Assembly (NCBI GenBank): GCA_013265495.1
Contig: MU059161.1
Span: 5,665,598 to 5,729,597, forward strand
DNA from: Vicugna vicugna
Lineage: Eukaryota
Length of the DNA: 64,000 bases
Direction of reading: 5' to 3'
Part shown: positions 21,996 to 34,320 of the stretch, piece after piece
How positions within the stretch are numbered: the first letter of the stretch is position 1
Layout: every line of letters begins with the position of its first letter
Position numbers and translations under genes: made by a program
The notes under the pieces: generated by a model
Databases searched by the model: none
Told to the model about the DNA's origin: nothing
What the model saw: the letters and a program-made list of their open reading frames with translations, nothing else

Positions 21996-24900
21996 CCACA
22001 CAGAACTTGTTTTGTAGGTGGAACTTGGCTGTGTTGTGATGTCTCCCCTAGACTCTTACCCCAAACCTCAGGGCCCCTCTCAGTATCCACATGGAGCAGC
22101 TGAGAAGAGCCAGCCTGGAGAAGGAATCTATGCCCTTAGCCCATCATCCCACCCCAATGCCTCTTTCACCAGGGTTATTTGTAGAATTCTCCAGATGGGG
22201 GAGGCGATAAAGAGGACTTCCTGAGGGAATCAAGAGGGGAAAGGAAAAAGAGACTCGTATTTGTGAAGAGCTGACTGGGCTTCTCCTTACGGCACCGCGA
22301 TTCATCCTCCCATCAACCCTGTGACGTGGGAACTATCAGCGTTGCTCCTATTGTAGCGAGAAAGCCGGGGCCCGGGGATCTTAAGGGAATTTCAGCTTGT
22401 AGGTGATGAAGTTGGGGCTGGAGCCCTGCTCTATGGCATCCAAGGTCTGTTTTCTTCCTGCAGGCTTCCCTCCTATCACGTCTGAGCCCTGTACGGTCCT
22501 GGTGGCTTGTGTTGGACGGAAGGGGTAAGGGAGGGAGAGAGAAGAAGGCCCCTTGAAGGGAGGAGAGGCGGGGGTGCCAGAAAAGAGAGTGGGCTCACTT
22601 TCCTTAAAATCAAGACTCAGCCAAAGACGGGGCCCCAGTGATATTCTGAGGCCAGAAGCCCATGGTTAGGGTGGGAGCTCTGGAGTCAGACAGGTTGTAT
22701 TTAAATCTTGGTTCCTTCACTTAGCAGCTTTTTGATTTGGGGCAGACACTTAGTCTCTCAGTTTCTTTATCTGTAAAATGGGAACCATAATAACAATAGC
22801 CCCATTTCAGGGCTTGTGAGGTTTGAATGAGATGATGTGAGTCCACTGCATGATTCAGTGGCAAACAGGAATTCGGTGAATAATTTCTGCCCTGGGAGAG
22901 GGAGCAGCTGAGGTCTGGCTGGCTCTTGGAAGTGTCTTTGCTTCTTCTCCAGCTCTGGGCTGAGGGCTGCCTGGCAGATTGTTGGCTGCCTTTTGGGGTG
23001 AGCTGGGCACGCTTCACTTTGAGCCCAGCTGGCACAGGGACTGGGGCCTCTTAGCAATGTGCTGATGGCCTCATCCAGCTTTTAGGGGCAGTGTCTGACC
23101 CAGCCCCCATCTCAGACCCTGTGGCAGGGGTGGGGAGGGAGTTTGTCAAGAGTCCTGAGACAATCAGAGCTTTTGGTCAAACTTCTTAATGTCTTCTTTT
23201 TTTCTTTCTGCAGCACTGAGCAATTGCATCTCCTCCCTCCAGAAACACCCCTTTCTCAGGGAAGGTACCAAGATTGAGGTTCAGACTGGGGCATGATGAA
23301 TGCAGGGCTCCTTGGGAGTTGCCAGGGGAATGAATGCTGAGAACTGGGCGGCCGGCCACTGCCTTCTGTTTTGGTGAGTCAAGGACATCAGCTGAGGGAA
23401 TTTCAGGAAGCGTGTGAAGGAGAAGGTGGATGTGGGCATGGCTGGAGACACAGAAACAGGATGTTAGGAAAGAGAAAGGCCTTTGGAACATGGATAGGAG
23501 CTGAGAGGAAAAATGGAAGACACTTAAATAGGGTTTTTGGAGAATTTTGCTATGTAATATAACCCTCTGCTCCACCTCCTTTAAAAAACCCTCAGCAAAC
23601 TCTGGATTACTTGTACCATGACTTGACTTGTGGCTTTGCAGGAGTATGTTTACACGCTGAGCGTGTCTTCAAGAGGAACGTGAGACAGAGAAGCTGCGAA
23701 TTGGGACCCGCCTGGAGCGCGATGTGGCAGGTGCTGCTGCTTGCCTACCAATATCCACTCTCCTTCTCACTTACTGACAGGACCTGGGTTTCAGTCAGAG
23801 CAGTTAATGTGCCCAGTTCAAAATATTTAACATCCTGGACTCCCTTGCATGTGGCTGAGGTCATGGGACTCAGCTGTGACCGGTGAGCTATAACCTGGAG
23901 TCTACTGGATAGAGATTTTGGGAAAGTTTACCTAAAAATATGGGAGAATGCATTCCCCATGCACTTTTGCATTTTTCAGTCTTTGCCCTTCCCCCTTCCT
24001 CCTGCCTGGAATGCAGACGTGATGCCTGGACTATCACGAGTAGGAGTAGCCATTTTGTAACCATTTGGACAGAAGCCACAGACTTTTTCCATTGGCTGGG
24101 TAGGGCCTGAGTTCTTGATGACTTCTTTCAGCAGCTCACCAGCCCCGAGTGCCCACCTCTGGATTTTTTTTTTTTTTCTATCAGTTGAGAAAGATAAATC
24201 CCTACTTGGTTAAGTCCCTGTGGTTAGGTTTCTGTTACATTTAACTGCACACGTTTCTAACAGGCACAGCTTCCAAGCATATGTCCTCCTCGTCTTCAAG
24301 CTTCTGGAACCATAGCACCCCCGCCCCCCCCACCCACTTCTCAATGGAAAACAAGATGGCAGCAAAACAGATACAAGGGACCTGCCAGCTCTGTGCTGAA
24401 GAAGGAATGAGGGAAAAAAGGAAGGAAGGAAGGAAGGGAGGGAGGGAGGGAGGGGAAAAGACTGGGGCCTTCCACTTCTGCCTCTTCAATAACAGAATGG
24501 TCCTGGATATTATGAAGCTAGGAGTGACAGATGAGAGATCAGCGCTCAGACCAGACCCCAAGTTGTATCCAGGGCACCTGGGATGGAGGGTGATTTCAAC
24601 AGAAGCTGCCTTTAAACACCCCCGCTGTGGGGCAAGCCCTGGTTCTGTTCCCTGATCTCCTGGCTCCTCAGCCCCTCTTTCCACTTCCTCCTGTCCACAC
24701 AGTGATGAGAATGTGCAGTGTTCTCCAAGGGCCTGGCAGGTGCCAGATATTGGGGCGGAGGAGGCAAAGCTCCTCAACCGAGGCAACAACTAAGTCCTAA
24801 CAGGCATGCAGCTCACAAGGGGCCACCAGAGCTGGAAGGGACTGTCACCCACTATCGCCTGGTCCAACACACTCCATTAACAGAGGAGAGACCAAGGGGA

Positions 24901-26273
24901 GGCTCAGGGAGGGCAAGTGCTTGTTCAAGGTGACCCAGGGCATCAGGACCACACCCAGGACCATCCTCAAGAAAGATGTCTTACTCCTTTTCCACTCAGC
25001 CCTGAGGAGTCTCTGTTCTCAGTGCTCAAGGCAGCAGAAAGAAAGAGTCAGATTTAGCGGTAAGTTCCAAGAAGACCAATAAAACTCCCGTAATTCTATT
25101 GTCTCAAAGCTCAATATAAAGAAATAGCATTGTTAAAAACTCATACAGTGTTAGCTTAAATTAAATGTGTGCTTCAGTTCAATCCCTAGGTGTGTGTAGA
25201 ATAAGTCACATCACACCTCTGTACATATTTCTTCAGTTGCAAAGGAGGTGGTTGGAGCCTTCCTGAAGACACCTTTCTGCTATACAACAAACTTCTGGAA
25301 GGCAGGAATCACATCTTAATGATCTCTCTGTCCCAGCACATGGCATGGTCTGGTATGCAAGAGGAGCTCAGGAAAATGCTTGTCAGATAGGTGAACGGCA
25401 GGGTGAATATATGAGTGATTTAGGTGGGACACTGAGTAGACACATCTCACATGGCACATGAAAGCAAAACTCAGACCAACAGGACACAGGTTTGGTCTCA
25501 GCATGAGACTTCGGAGCTGCCCAGGAAGGAACAGATGACTATAGGTGGCAGTCAGCTCACCATCACTAAAGGGATTCAAGAATCTCATGGTGGCAGAGAG
25601 GCAATATAGGAATGGATTGGTGTGCTGGGTGGAAAACTAGGGCATATGACCTCTCTGGCCCCTTCCAACCCTGCAGTCTGATGGCCCAGTTCCCTCACTG
25701 TTGCTGACTAGGTCTTACAAGGAAACACAGCTTTGCTTGCCCATCCACCCCCACCTCCCAACTCCAGATCAACCTCATGAGACCTTGTTCCTACTTCTTT
25801 TTTAAACGATGAAGAATCATGACCAGAAGGGATGGATTGGTGCAGTCAGGGTCTCTTTTCCCCATCGGCAGAGGTGTCATTTCAGGGGAAGTGCTCAGAG
25901 CACCTCCCCAGCTGCTACCCAATGCCTCTAAATCCGCCAATTAGAGCTGCATCCCTCCTCATCTAATGGCTTACCCCTTAATATGCAGATGCATCTTAGT
26001 CTTATACTTGAAGATTTTTGCAGTGAAAACGGAGTGGAGAAAGTCAGGGCACATGTGTGTTTAATTGGCACAAAACCAACTATGTGAATTTAGCAGAGAG
26101 AAAGAGGGACATAATTGAAATAATGACGGTGATTCCACCCTTTATTCTAGTCAGTGACTACGCACCCCAGAGTGAGAGATGGGAGAAGAGAATCTTCTGT
26201 TGTCCCATACGGTCTTTTTTTCCCCTTGGCCTTCTCAAAGTATGGGTGGTATTTGAATAGATTTTCAAGGGGG

Positions 26274-26276
<3 letters not shown>

Positions 26277-26306
<30 letters not shown>
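26277..26306 (+). repeat. (GT)n microsatellite in intron 2
   Basis: Direct read. Confidence 0.95.
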
Positions 26307-26308
<2 letters not shown>

Positions 26309-26583
26309 CTATAATTGGATTCCTCCTTATACTTTGACTTTAGAATCTACGTTGGTAGCAGTGAAAGATCTGGGAGGTATCCTGAATAAGACGCTCCCTC
26401 CCGAGAGGTGATGAGACAGGTGTTCATACAAAACTGAAGAAGGCCACGGGCTGTGTGGGGGTCCTGCAGGCAGGCTTTGCCCCTGGGCAGCCCCGGGGAC
26501 AGGGCAGATCAGGTGGCCCTGCGGCCATCAACTGAGGTGCAGAACAGCTTCGGTCTCCATGTGTCGGACTGGCCAGCACTTAC

Positions 26584-26646
26584 CAAAAACCGCAGCCCAT
26601 CAATGTGATACTTCCTCACGGCCTTTTCACAGTCCTTGTAGTTGAG
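26584..26646 (-). CDS. LCP2: LCP2 exon 2 (LNYKDCEKAVRKYHIDGLRFL)
   Basis: 63 nt, gcag|CTC...TTG|gtaagt, phase 0-0; not in the ORF track, read by hand. Confidence 0.97.
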
Positions 26647-29615
26647 CTGCAACGAGGAGGGGCGATGCTGTCAGTGTGGGCAGGCTCATGCCATTGGTTC
26701 CCCTCCCTTGCCTGCCCCAGAAGCTTAGCAATTTGTGGTACTTGTGGCTAGCCAGCCTCCCCCATCCCTCCCCTGTCTGACAGAGGGGCCCCGTCCCTAC
26801 CTCAGCCCTGCTTTCACTAACCCCTTGGGGCTCTCCGAAATGGAGAAATCGTCTCGGTCTAAGGCTTTGGGGCCAACCCCTACAGAAAGAGGGTGCCCTT
26901 AGGGCTACAAAGGGCTGGCCACATGCTCCTCTGGCAAGTAAAGAGGAGCCGAAAGGAGAAAATAAACAGCATTCACCGTCTCGCCACCCAAAGACAACCT
27001 CAGTGAACATGGCGCTGTGTCCCCTTCAGTGTTTCATCCTGGGCATCTTTCTAAGCATAACTGAGGTTATCATTGATATTCAACCTTGTTAACCTGACCT
27101 TTTCTCTTGAAATTACCTAAAAATGATACTATAGGCACTGCTTCGTGTTATCGCAAACTGATTTTGAGCATTCTTTTAAATTAACGACTCACTACTGGTG
27201 AACCAAACTAGGTTGTTTACCGAACTGCTGCTCCAATAGTGATAATAGAAACTTCCAGTAATTTTTGAAAGCTTACTACATGGCCGAGCCAGAGCCTTCT
27301 CCACTGCCTGGCCCAGGGATGCCTTCCTGCCAAGCCATAAGGAGTTGGAGGAGTTAAAGAAATACAAAACATGGCCTCAGTCCTCAAGGGCTTACATTCC
27401 AGGCAGGATGAGTGGCGTGTATGTGAGACAGGAAGACACCATCGCTCTGCATGGTGTCCCCAGCTCGGGTCCAGTGAACAGAGCAGGGACAAGGGAAGAT
27501 GGAGCATGAACTGGCCCCCTCTCTCTGCTGAAGGCCTCACATATGTATTTCCTTTAACTCTCCCAACAATCCCATGAGGTTAGTTACTGTCAGCATTGCT
27601 GTTTTACTGACGAAGAAGCCGAGACCCAGAGAGGTGAAGTAACTGAGGGAGAGTCACAAAGCTAGCAGGTGGTAGAGCCAGGATTCAAACCAAGGTGTAT
27701 GTCTGACTCCAGAGCTGGCTAGAGTCAGCCTCCAAGGGGGACCGGACCCCACTGCCTCATTAGAAATTGCACCTGCCAATAGGACTTTTGCTGGTTAAGA
27801 TAGATCCCAACGTGACTCCATGGTCAGTTCCCTTGGCGTTTCCTCTCTGGGGGAATTGAGATGCTGAAGATTTAAAGCGAGTTTATCTGGGTCTGAGGGG
27901 GGCTGGGACTTCCTGGATCACAGGTGCCCCTCAGGCTCCTGGTTCATGTCTTCAGTCCTTTCTTGCTGGGAGGGGGAACCTATTGCAGTGCTGCAAACTC
28001 AACCTGGAGTCTGGGGTCCCAAGAAAACTCTTCCCTCCCCCAGCTCAGGCAGAGAGCCGTCTCCCTGAATCATCCCGACCTGCAGTCCATCTCCCTGTGC
28101 TAAGGGGAGCTCTACCCATGGATTCTTCAGTTGCTCTGCTGGGTTATGTAATTCTCCCTCTCACATTGGAGATGGGGCCTGTCTGTGCCTCTCAGCCCGT
28201 CCCCAGCTATGTCTTGCTAATTCCTACCTCTTTTCTCTTTTCTTTATTGAGGTAATATGCTACTTCATAGCATCTTAGCAAATTTCACTTGTTGCTCTAG
28301 TGTATTTGCTCTACATTTTTAAAAAAGTATTTAGAAACATCCTTCAAGGCAGTTATCTCAATGATCTTTGCATCCACGGTGCTGAAATGTGTTTATTATG
28401 ACCTTTTAATGGGAAAAATAATAGAAATGAGATGCACCAAAAGGAGCAAATAATAGGATCTGGGGGCTCCCTCAAGCCACACCGGCTTCAGCATTTTCAC
28501 ATTTTTCTTGGGGAAGAACAGCTGTGACGGGAAATACTTTGGTACCATTATAAACCCCATTAGCTCTGTGTTCCGGGGATCCTGCGCCACCTGAAGAAAA
28601 ATAGAAAGTCGACTGAGATAACCTCTGAGGTCTTGACTTAAAATCTCATCTTTGTGAAAATCTAGAGTATCAACTGAATTTGATGCCAGCCGCCAGAGAT
28701 GGGAGTCTTAGAAGCTCAGGTGTCCCTCACGAGACATCATACCCCTTGGACAGGGATAGAGGGTCCCTAACTGAGTCATGTGACTCGGGATCTGCCCAGG
28801 CAGATGTGTGACCTGTGGTCCCACCAGCAGATGACCAAGAATGGGGATCCTTGAACATCTTCAAGGCTGGAAGGCAGGGACAGCAATACTCTGGTCTCAG
28901 CTCTGCTGCAGGCTTGGCCTCTGACCCTGCCTAGCAAAGCTTTTCCTCTTCAGGGGCCTCAGTTTCCCTAGCTGTGGCCTGGATCGCATGTCGGTTTCTC
29001 GGCCCTCAAAGCTCCAGTGAGATTCTGTCCGGGTGAGGGCTTGAAGAGCCCTCTTTCAAGATCATGAGCAATGACTTGCCCAGACGCCACCTCCGGCATC
29101 ATTCATCAGAGGCTTGGACCCTGTCTTTCCTCTCTCCTACTTCCAGGACTCCATGCCTCCCTTTTCTAGAAAGTAGCCTTGATCTCACTAACAGTTACAG
29201 CAGTTCTGGGGCTCAGAGCTTGGACTCTGAAGCCAAGCAGGTGTGACTGGAATCCTGCCTCGGCCACATGCAGTCCCTGGGGCTTTGGGCCAGTTAAGCC
29301 TCCCTGAGCTTATTTTGCAGCTGAGCTACGGGGACAAAACTCCTGGCGAGAGTTAGAAGAACAGTGCCTGAAGAGCACAAACTGAAGCCCCAGCACGTAG
29401 AAGGTACATGTCCCTTTGAGGTCCTTCCTTCTCCCCAGAACTCACTGCCAGGAGCACACAGTGGTGAACATATATCTGTACATGGTGCTCACTCAACCGG
29501 TGGGGCTGCACGGGGTGGGATGGTCCACAGCGCTCCTCCGCGCCTCCCTGTTCTGCCCGGACTCCATCTTCAAGCGTCTGCCCAGCCCTACCACCCACCA
29601 AAGAGCGAGGCTCAC

Positions 29616-29693
29616 CTTCCTGAAATAGTCTGCAAGGCTGTCGGAGTCCCAGGCCAGGACCTCGGAGCGAAAGGGCACGTTCCTGAATGCCAT
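29616..29693 (-). CDS. LCP2: LCP2/SLP-76 coding exon 1 (MAFRNVPFRSEVLAWDSDSLADYFRK), start of SAM domain
   Basis: ATG in gcagccATGG context at 29693; 78 nt; donor AAG|gtgag; matches the known SLP-76 N-terminus (human MALRNVPFRSEVLGWDPDSLADYFKK). Confidence 0.98.
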
Positions 29694-29714
29694 GGCTGCT
29701 CTTCGGGACGGAGC

Positions 29715-29744
29715 TCACAAGCTGAGCGTGGGGGCTGCGCCCAT
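29715..29744 (-). other. Upstream ORF (MGAAPTLSL*) in the probable LCP2 5' UTR
   Basis: ATG GGC GCA GCC CCC ACG CTC AGC TTG TGA read directly; ATG is 51 nt upstream of, and in frame with, the main ATG. Inclusion in the mRNA depends on the unmapped TSS. Confidence 0.6.
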
Positions 29745-29859
29745 GGACGGAGAACCCCAAATCCAGAGTGTGGAGGCGTCCTTGGCTCTTCCAACTCCCA
29801 GGTACCCTCAGGAAAGGCCTCGTTGGAGTAGACGTCCTTTCTGCTGAGGCCTGATCCCA

Positions 29860-30110
29860 GAAAGCAACGGCTTCCTCTGTGAGCAAATATGGTCTCTTCT
29901 CAGAAAACGACTCAGCAAGTTTCCTTTACCACTTCCTCTGCTGGGCTCTAAGTAAGTAAACAAGGAAGCCGGGCTCCGAGGGCCCGAGAGGCAGAGAGAG
30001 CCACGGGGCTGGTAATTCCCCACGGCGCCGTCCACCCTGGCCCAGTGCGGGGGACAGGGAAGGGGACTTAGACACCAACGCGAGCCCAAGTGCACTTCCT
30101 TTAAAAATCC
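29860..30110 (-). promoter_or_regulatory. LCP2 proximal promoter, apparently TATA-less with ETS/PU.1 motifs
   Basis: Minus-strand AGAGGAAG (29871-29878), AGAGGAAGTG (29930-29939), AAGGAAGTG (30093-30101), kB-like GGGGAATTACC (30011-30021); lies directly upstream of exon 1. Confidence 0.7.
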
Positions 30111-31440
30111 CTGGCACCCGTGTGTCTAAACCTCATTCCTGTTTGGCTGCAGTCTTTGCAGATGAAAATCTAATTTGACAGTTGACCTAAAATGTAGACA
30201 GTCTCCCACATCAGTGAGCTGCCAGGGGAAGGAGCGTGACCTTTTAATGTTTTCCAACCACCCCCTCAGTTTCTCTCAAAAGGATAACGTTGAGCCAACT
30301 TTAGGTGCCTCCTTACGGTTACTACGAGAGGATTCTCTGTGAGGGAGTCGGGCACCAGGGCTGAGAAAGGGGCTCCACTGGGTAAACCCAGGCTTAACTT
30401 CTGATAACGACTGTTTCCGTGCTGTGCAACCTCAGGCACGGGCTTAAACTCTAGGAAGCTCCGTGTCCATATCTATGAACTAGGAACACAGAAGAATTGT
30501 TTCATATGCACATGAAACTTACATGCATTTAACTAGACAAACTTAAGGGGAAGAAGTTAAAGAAAAAAAAATAATGGTTGCTGTTGATGCTGCCATAAAT
30601 TCTAGTCACTATTGTTTTCCCCATGTATTCTATTTACTATTGATTCCTCCCTAAATTCTGTCTAAAGAGAACATCCCCTGGAGACAGGAGATGGGAATTT
30701 TCTGTTTTCTTAGTCGGTCTCGGACCCCGCGGATTTCTCATATCTGAGCATCTCCTTGACAGAGGGCAAGCCCAGTGTCTAAAAAGCAAACATTGTATTT
30801 GTGCAACATCAGAACCTCCAAACACAAGTTCACCGCTCCATCTAGTGCTCCATGCACGTGCACACGCGGATGGCCATCTGTCCCGATGCTTGAGGGAAGA
30901 ACCAAGCTCTGTCGCACCCACTGAGTGAAGTTAGATTGGCGCGTGAGGCAGTGCCTTCCCGAAGCTCTTTCAAGGATAACTCTGGCCACGCACAGTTTAC
31001 ATCTTAGGCACAATCTAAGGAACCCCCACCGTTACTGCAATGCACCAGCCTGCCTAGGTCATTGTGTAAATGAGAATTGTGCTTCATCCTGGGCTTAGCA
31101 CCTCGAGCCTGAGCTGCTGTCATCCTCATCTCAGAGGGCGCCAGGGGCATCAGCGGAGGCAGCCCAGGCTGAGCGCTCCTCACAGGGCTGGTACCTAGGA
31201 GCTCGCAGTAACTGACCGTGCTCTGTAAAGCGTGGCCTGCTGTTCAAAAGCTCCGCCATTGGTGGGAGAGGTCACTTCAATTTTCAAATCCCCAGAAGGG
31301 CAGCAAATGATAAAACCCATTTGAAAAGAGAGGAAGAGAGAAACCACTTCCAAGTATGGCAGGCGAAGAAGATGTCATGGAATTAGTTGGAATTTTAACA
31401 GGGCCTTGGGAGACGGAGCCGAGGGAGGGCATTCTGAACC

Positions 31441-31481
31441 TGTGTGTGGTGTGTGTGGGGTGTGTGTGTGTGTGTGTGTGT
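31441..31481 (+). repeat. Interrupted (GT)n microsatellite about 1.8 kb upstream of the ATG
   Basis: Direct read. Confidence 0.9.
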
Positions 31482-33396
31482 TGGGTTGGGTTGTGCTTCA
31501 TGAGCACCTAAAACACACCGTACCTGTGGAAAGGAACATTCAAGATTATCCTTAGAATGAGAAGCAATTTTTTTTAAATGATGTTCACCCACCCTCATGA
31601 GAATAAAAATCTACAGAAAAGCAGAAGTTGGAATTAAGTTATAGCTAAATGTTGGTCTCCTTTGGAAGAATTATTGAATAAATGTGGCCAAGATGGGCAA
31701 TCCATGGAGCCCATTTAGGAGAGACACATAGCAGTTGAGAAACATGGCTGACAGTGTGACGATGGTGAAGAATCGTCACAGATACAACATGTGGCATCTT
31801 TCCTACGAGGCCTGCATTGGGACACCTAAGAGCTCTTCACCGGTTGTCTTAATTTAACTGTTGGCGCTATGACCACTCCCACTTCACAGAAGAGAAAACT
31901 GAGGCTCAGAGAGGTGATACTCCTTGTCCCCTGCCCCCAGCAAGTAGGCTGTGCAGCCGGGTCTTGTCTGGAACTCTCTCTGAGTCCAGAGCCCCAGTCC
32001 TTTTCCTCTCTGCCTCCTCCGGTGCTCTCAGACATTACCTAAATTGCACAAGGTGGAGTAGGGATTCCAACCCAACTCTGGCTCCAGACCCAGCACAGTT
32101 TCCATGCTATCAGCCTGCCTTCCGTGAAGAACAGTGAGGTAGGCAGTCTAGACAAGTTAAGAAGACGATGTGGCACCTCCCGTGAGGCAGGCCTTCGGGG
32201 ACCCTCCCAGCAGGGCCCCAGACCCATTCCCCAGGAAGGGCAGCCAAGGCCATGAAGGCAGGTGGCACAAGGGGAAGCTGGTTGCTTCAGCCTGGAGTCT
32301 CTCCGCTTCCCCAGTCCTCGGTGATTTCCCAACACTCATGAGTTTCACATCTGCCATCTCTGGCTGGAGGGTTCCAGAAGTTCCGGGGACAGGGCTAGTT
32401 GGTGTCCAAGAAGGGCTCAGGACTCCAGGAAGATCTGATGACCCTGTGCAAGCAGGCTCACTTGGCCCAGCCACAGGCTCCACACCTATAAAGTGGGCAG
32501 TCACGAGCGCAGCCTCGGGGGATAGCACACAGCAGAGGGGACGCCACATCGAGGAAGGCTGGGGCCAACTCGCAATGATCCGCCAAAGAGCATCGGTCTT
32601 GGCTTCAGGCATGAAGCAGAGCAGGAGTGGGGAGCAGGTAAGGCATGGTGATAGAAAGCCGCGGCTGGAGGAGGAAGATGGGTGCCCTCCCATCTCTCTG
32701 TCTCTCCCCCAGCCAGGTGGGGAAGCCCAGAGCTCATGAAGGAGCAAACTGAAAGGTTCGTAGAGGCCTTCTTAGGCTTTGCAATCAGTATCTCCAAGTT
32801 AGAAAGAGGACAGTCTGTGCACAATAAGAACAATGTCGTGTGAGTACACGGTATGGGGGCTCATGGGGTCGGAATCTCAAATGTGCATCCAACAGAGCTG
32901 TGGATGAGAAAGCAAATCTTGCAAGGAGTGACGTGTCAGATTTTTAGGTCCTAGAGACAAAGAATGGATGCGGGAACAGCACACTGCAACCCAGAGCAGA
33001 GGGTCACCTAATATTCGTGCCCCCCCGCCCAACCGCATACTGTCCATACCTAAAGCTCTCTCTCTTTCCTGCTAAACCACCGAAGAGTTAGATGGGGAGA
33101 TAACTGCCTTTCTCCACGGCTAATTTTAGAGGTGAGAAAAATACGCAGTTCATTAGAAGAGGCTTGTGGGTTGTGGCCTCTGGGGGCCTGGGGGGCAGGG
33201 GAGGGGATGGAGGAGGGAGTTGTCACTCCGGGACCAGGAGAAAATGGAAAGTAAGGCCTTTGGAGGGAGAACATGTTGACCTTCCACACGGTACCTGTGG
33301 AACGAGAAGGTGGAAGGGAGAAAGTGCTCATTTGGATTTGGTTTGGACAGAGAGTGTTGCCTCGGGGAGGGATAAAAAGGTAGTGGCGTGTGGCCC

Positions 33397-33410
33397 AGAG
33401 CAGGTGGCGC
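33397..33410 (+). promoter_or_regulatory. CTCF-like motif AGAGCAGGTGGCGC
   Basis: 12 of 14 positions identical to the intron-8 motif; the two 5' C's are missing. Confidence 0.4.
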
Positions 33411-34059
33411 CTTGGGGTCCCGCGGGCGATGGAGAGATTGCCCTTCTGTGGGGTCGCTCCAGCCTCACCTCCACCAGGTTGTTATGGCTCCATGCGTCAC
33501 CTGAGGCTGAGGGCAATTCTACTGGAACTTGCCTTAGGGGTTGTGCGGGTCTGTCTACAGCGGGAACGAGAGCGGCAGCTGTCACCTTCACGGGGAGGGG
33601 ACGGTTTCCCCTTCTGCTCCCAGAGACTGGCAGTGGAAGCACCATCTGGGTGAAATCTTTCTGGACGGCAAAGGCTCCACCCACATGGGAGGGTCCAGCC
33701 AGGAGAGCCAGGAAGGGGTCCGGACGGTCCTGCTGAGCAGGGCAGCTCCACGCACCTGGCAGCCATACACTGACACACAGAATTTGGGGACCCTGCCTTG
33801 GAATGGGTGTGCCAGCAGGGACGGGCCGGCCACACAGCCTCCCCTGATGTGCAGGGCCATCCTCGCCACTGCTGGAGGGGGCTGGAGGAGGTGGTGGAGA
33901 GTGGGGAGGGGCTCCGGCAAGCCCAGGGCAGCCCTTCTCCAGGCTGCACCCCCAACTCTGACTTGACCGCCACCCCCGTCTGGACACCGGCCCCACCTCC
34001 CCCATCCTGGGATGTGCAGGAGGAAAGCATGAAGCAGCTGCTGTGCGTGTGGCAGTGAG

Positions 34060-34320
34060 GAGCGATATTTTCCACTTCCTCAGAGATGACAATTTCATTC
34101 TTCTCATATATATAAATATATATATATGCATGTATTTTTTTTTTCATCCTCTCTGTCTCTCTCTTCTGTTTTGGCTGAAGTGCCTCAGAAGTGTGAAGGT
34201 GGGTGGGAGGAAGTGCTTATTTGGACTTCCTGTCAAGCCTCTCTTCCTCGTCTGCCCTATTTTTCATTTGGGCAGCCTTTCCCCAGACAGGGCCGCCTGG
34301 AAGGGAAACTCCCTGGGTGC
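34060..34320. promoter_or_regulatory. Candidate enhancer about 4.5 kb upstream of the LCP2 ATG (ETS x3, NF-kB)
   Basis: CACTTCCT 34073, GAGGAAGTG 34207, ACTTCCTG 34225, GGGAAACTCC 34303-34312. Confidence 0.45.

Noticed and set aside
32157-32747. Paired 196-aa (-) and 189-aa (+) ORFs
   Set aside because: Mirror ORFs in stop-poor sequence with no recognisable product.
33328-34147. 267-aa and 216-aa overlapping minus-strand ORFs
   Set aside because: They start in an (AT)n run; ORFs are open in several frames on both strands, as expected from GC content; no protein similarity recognised.
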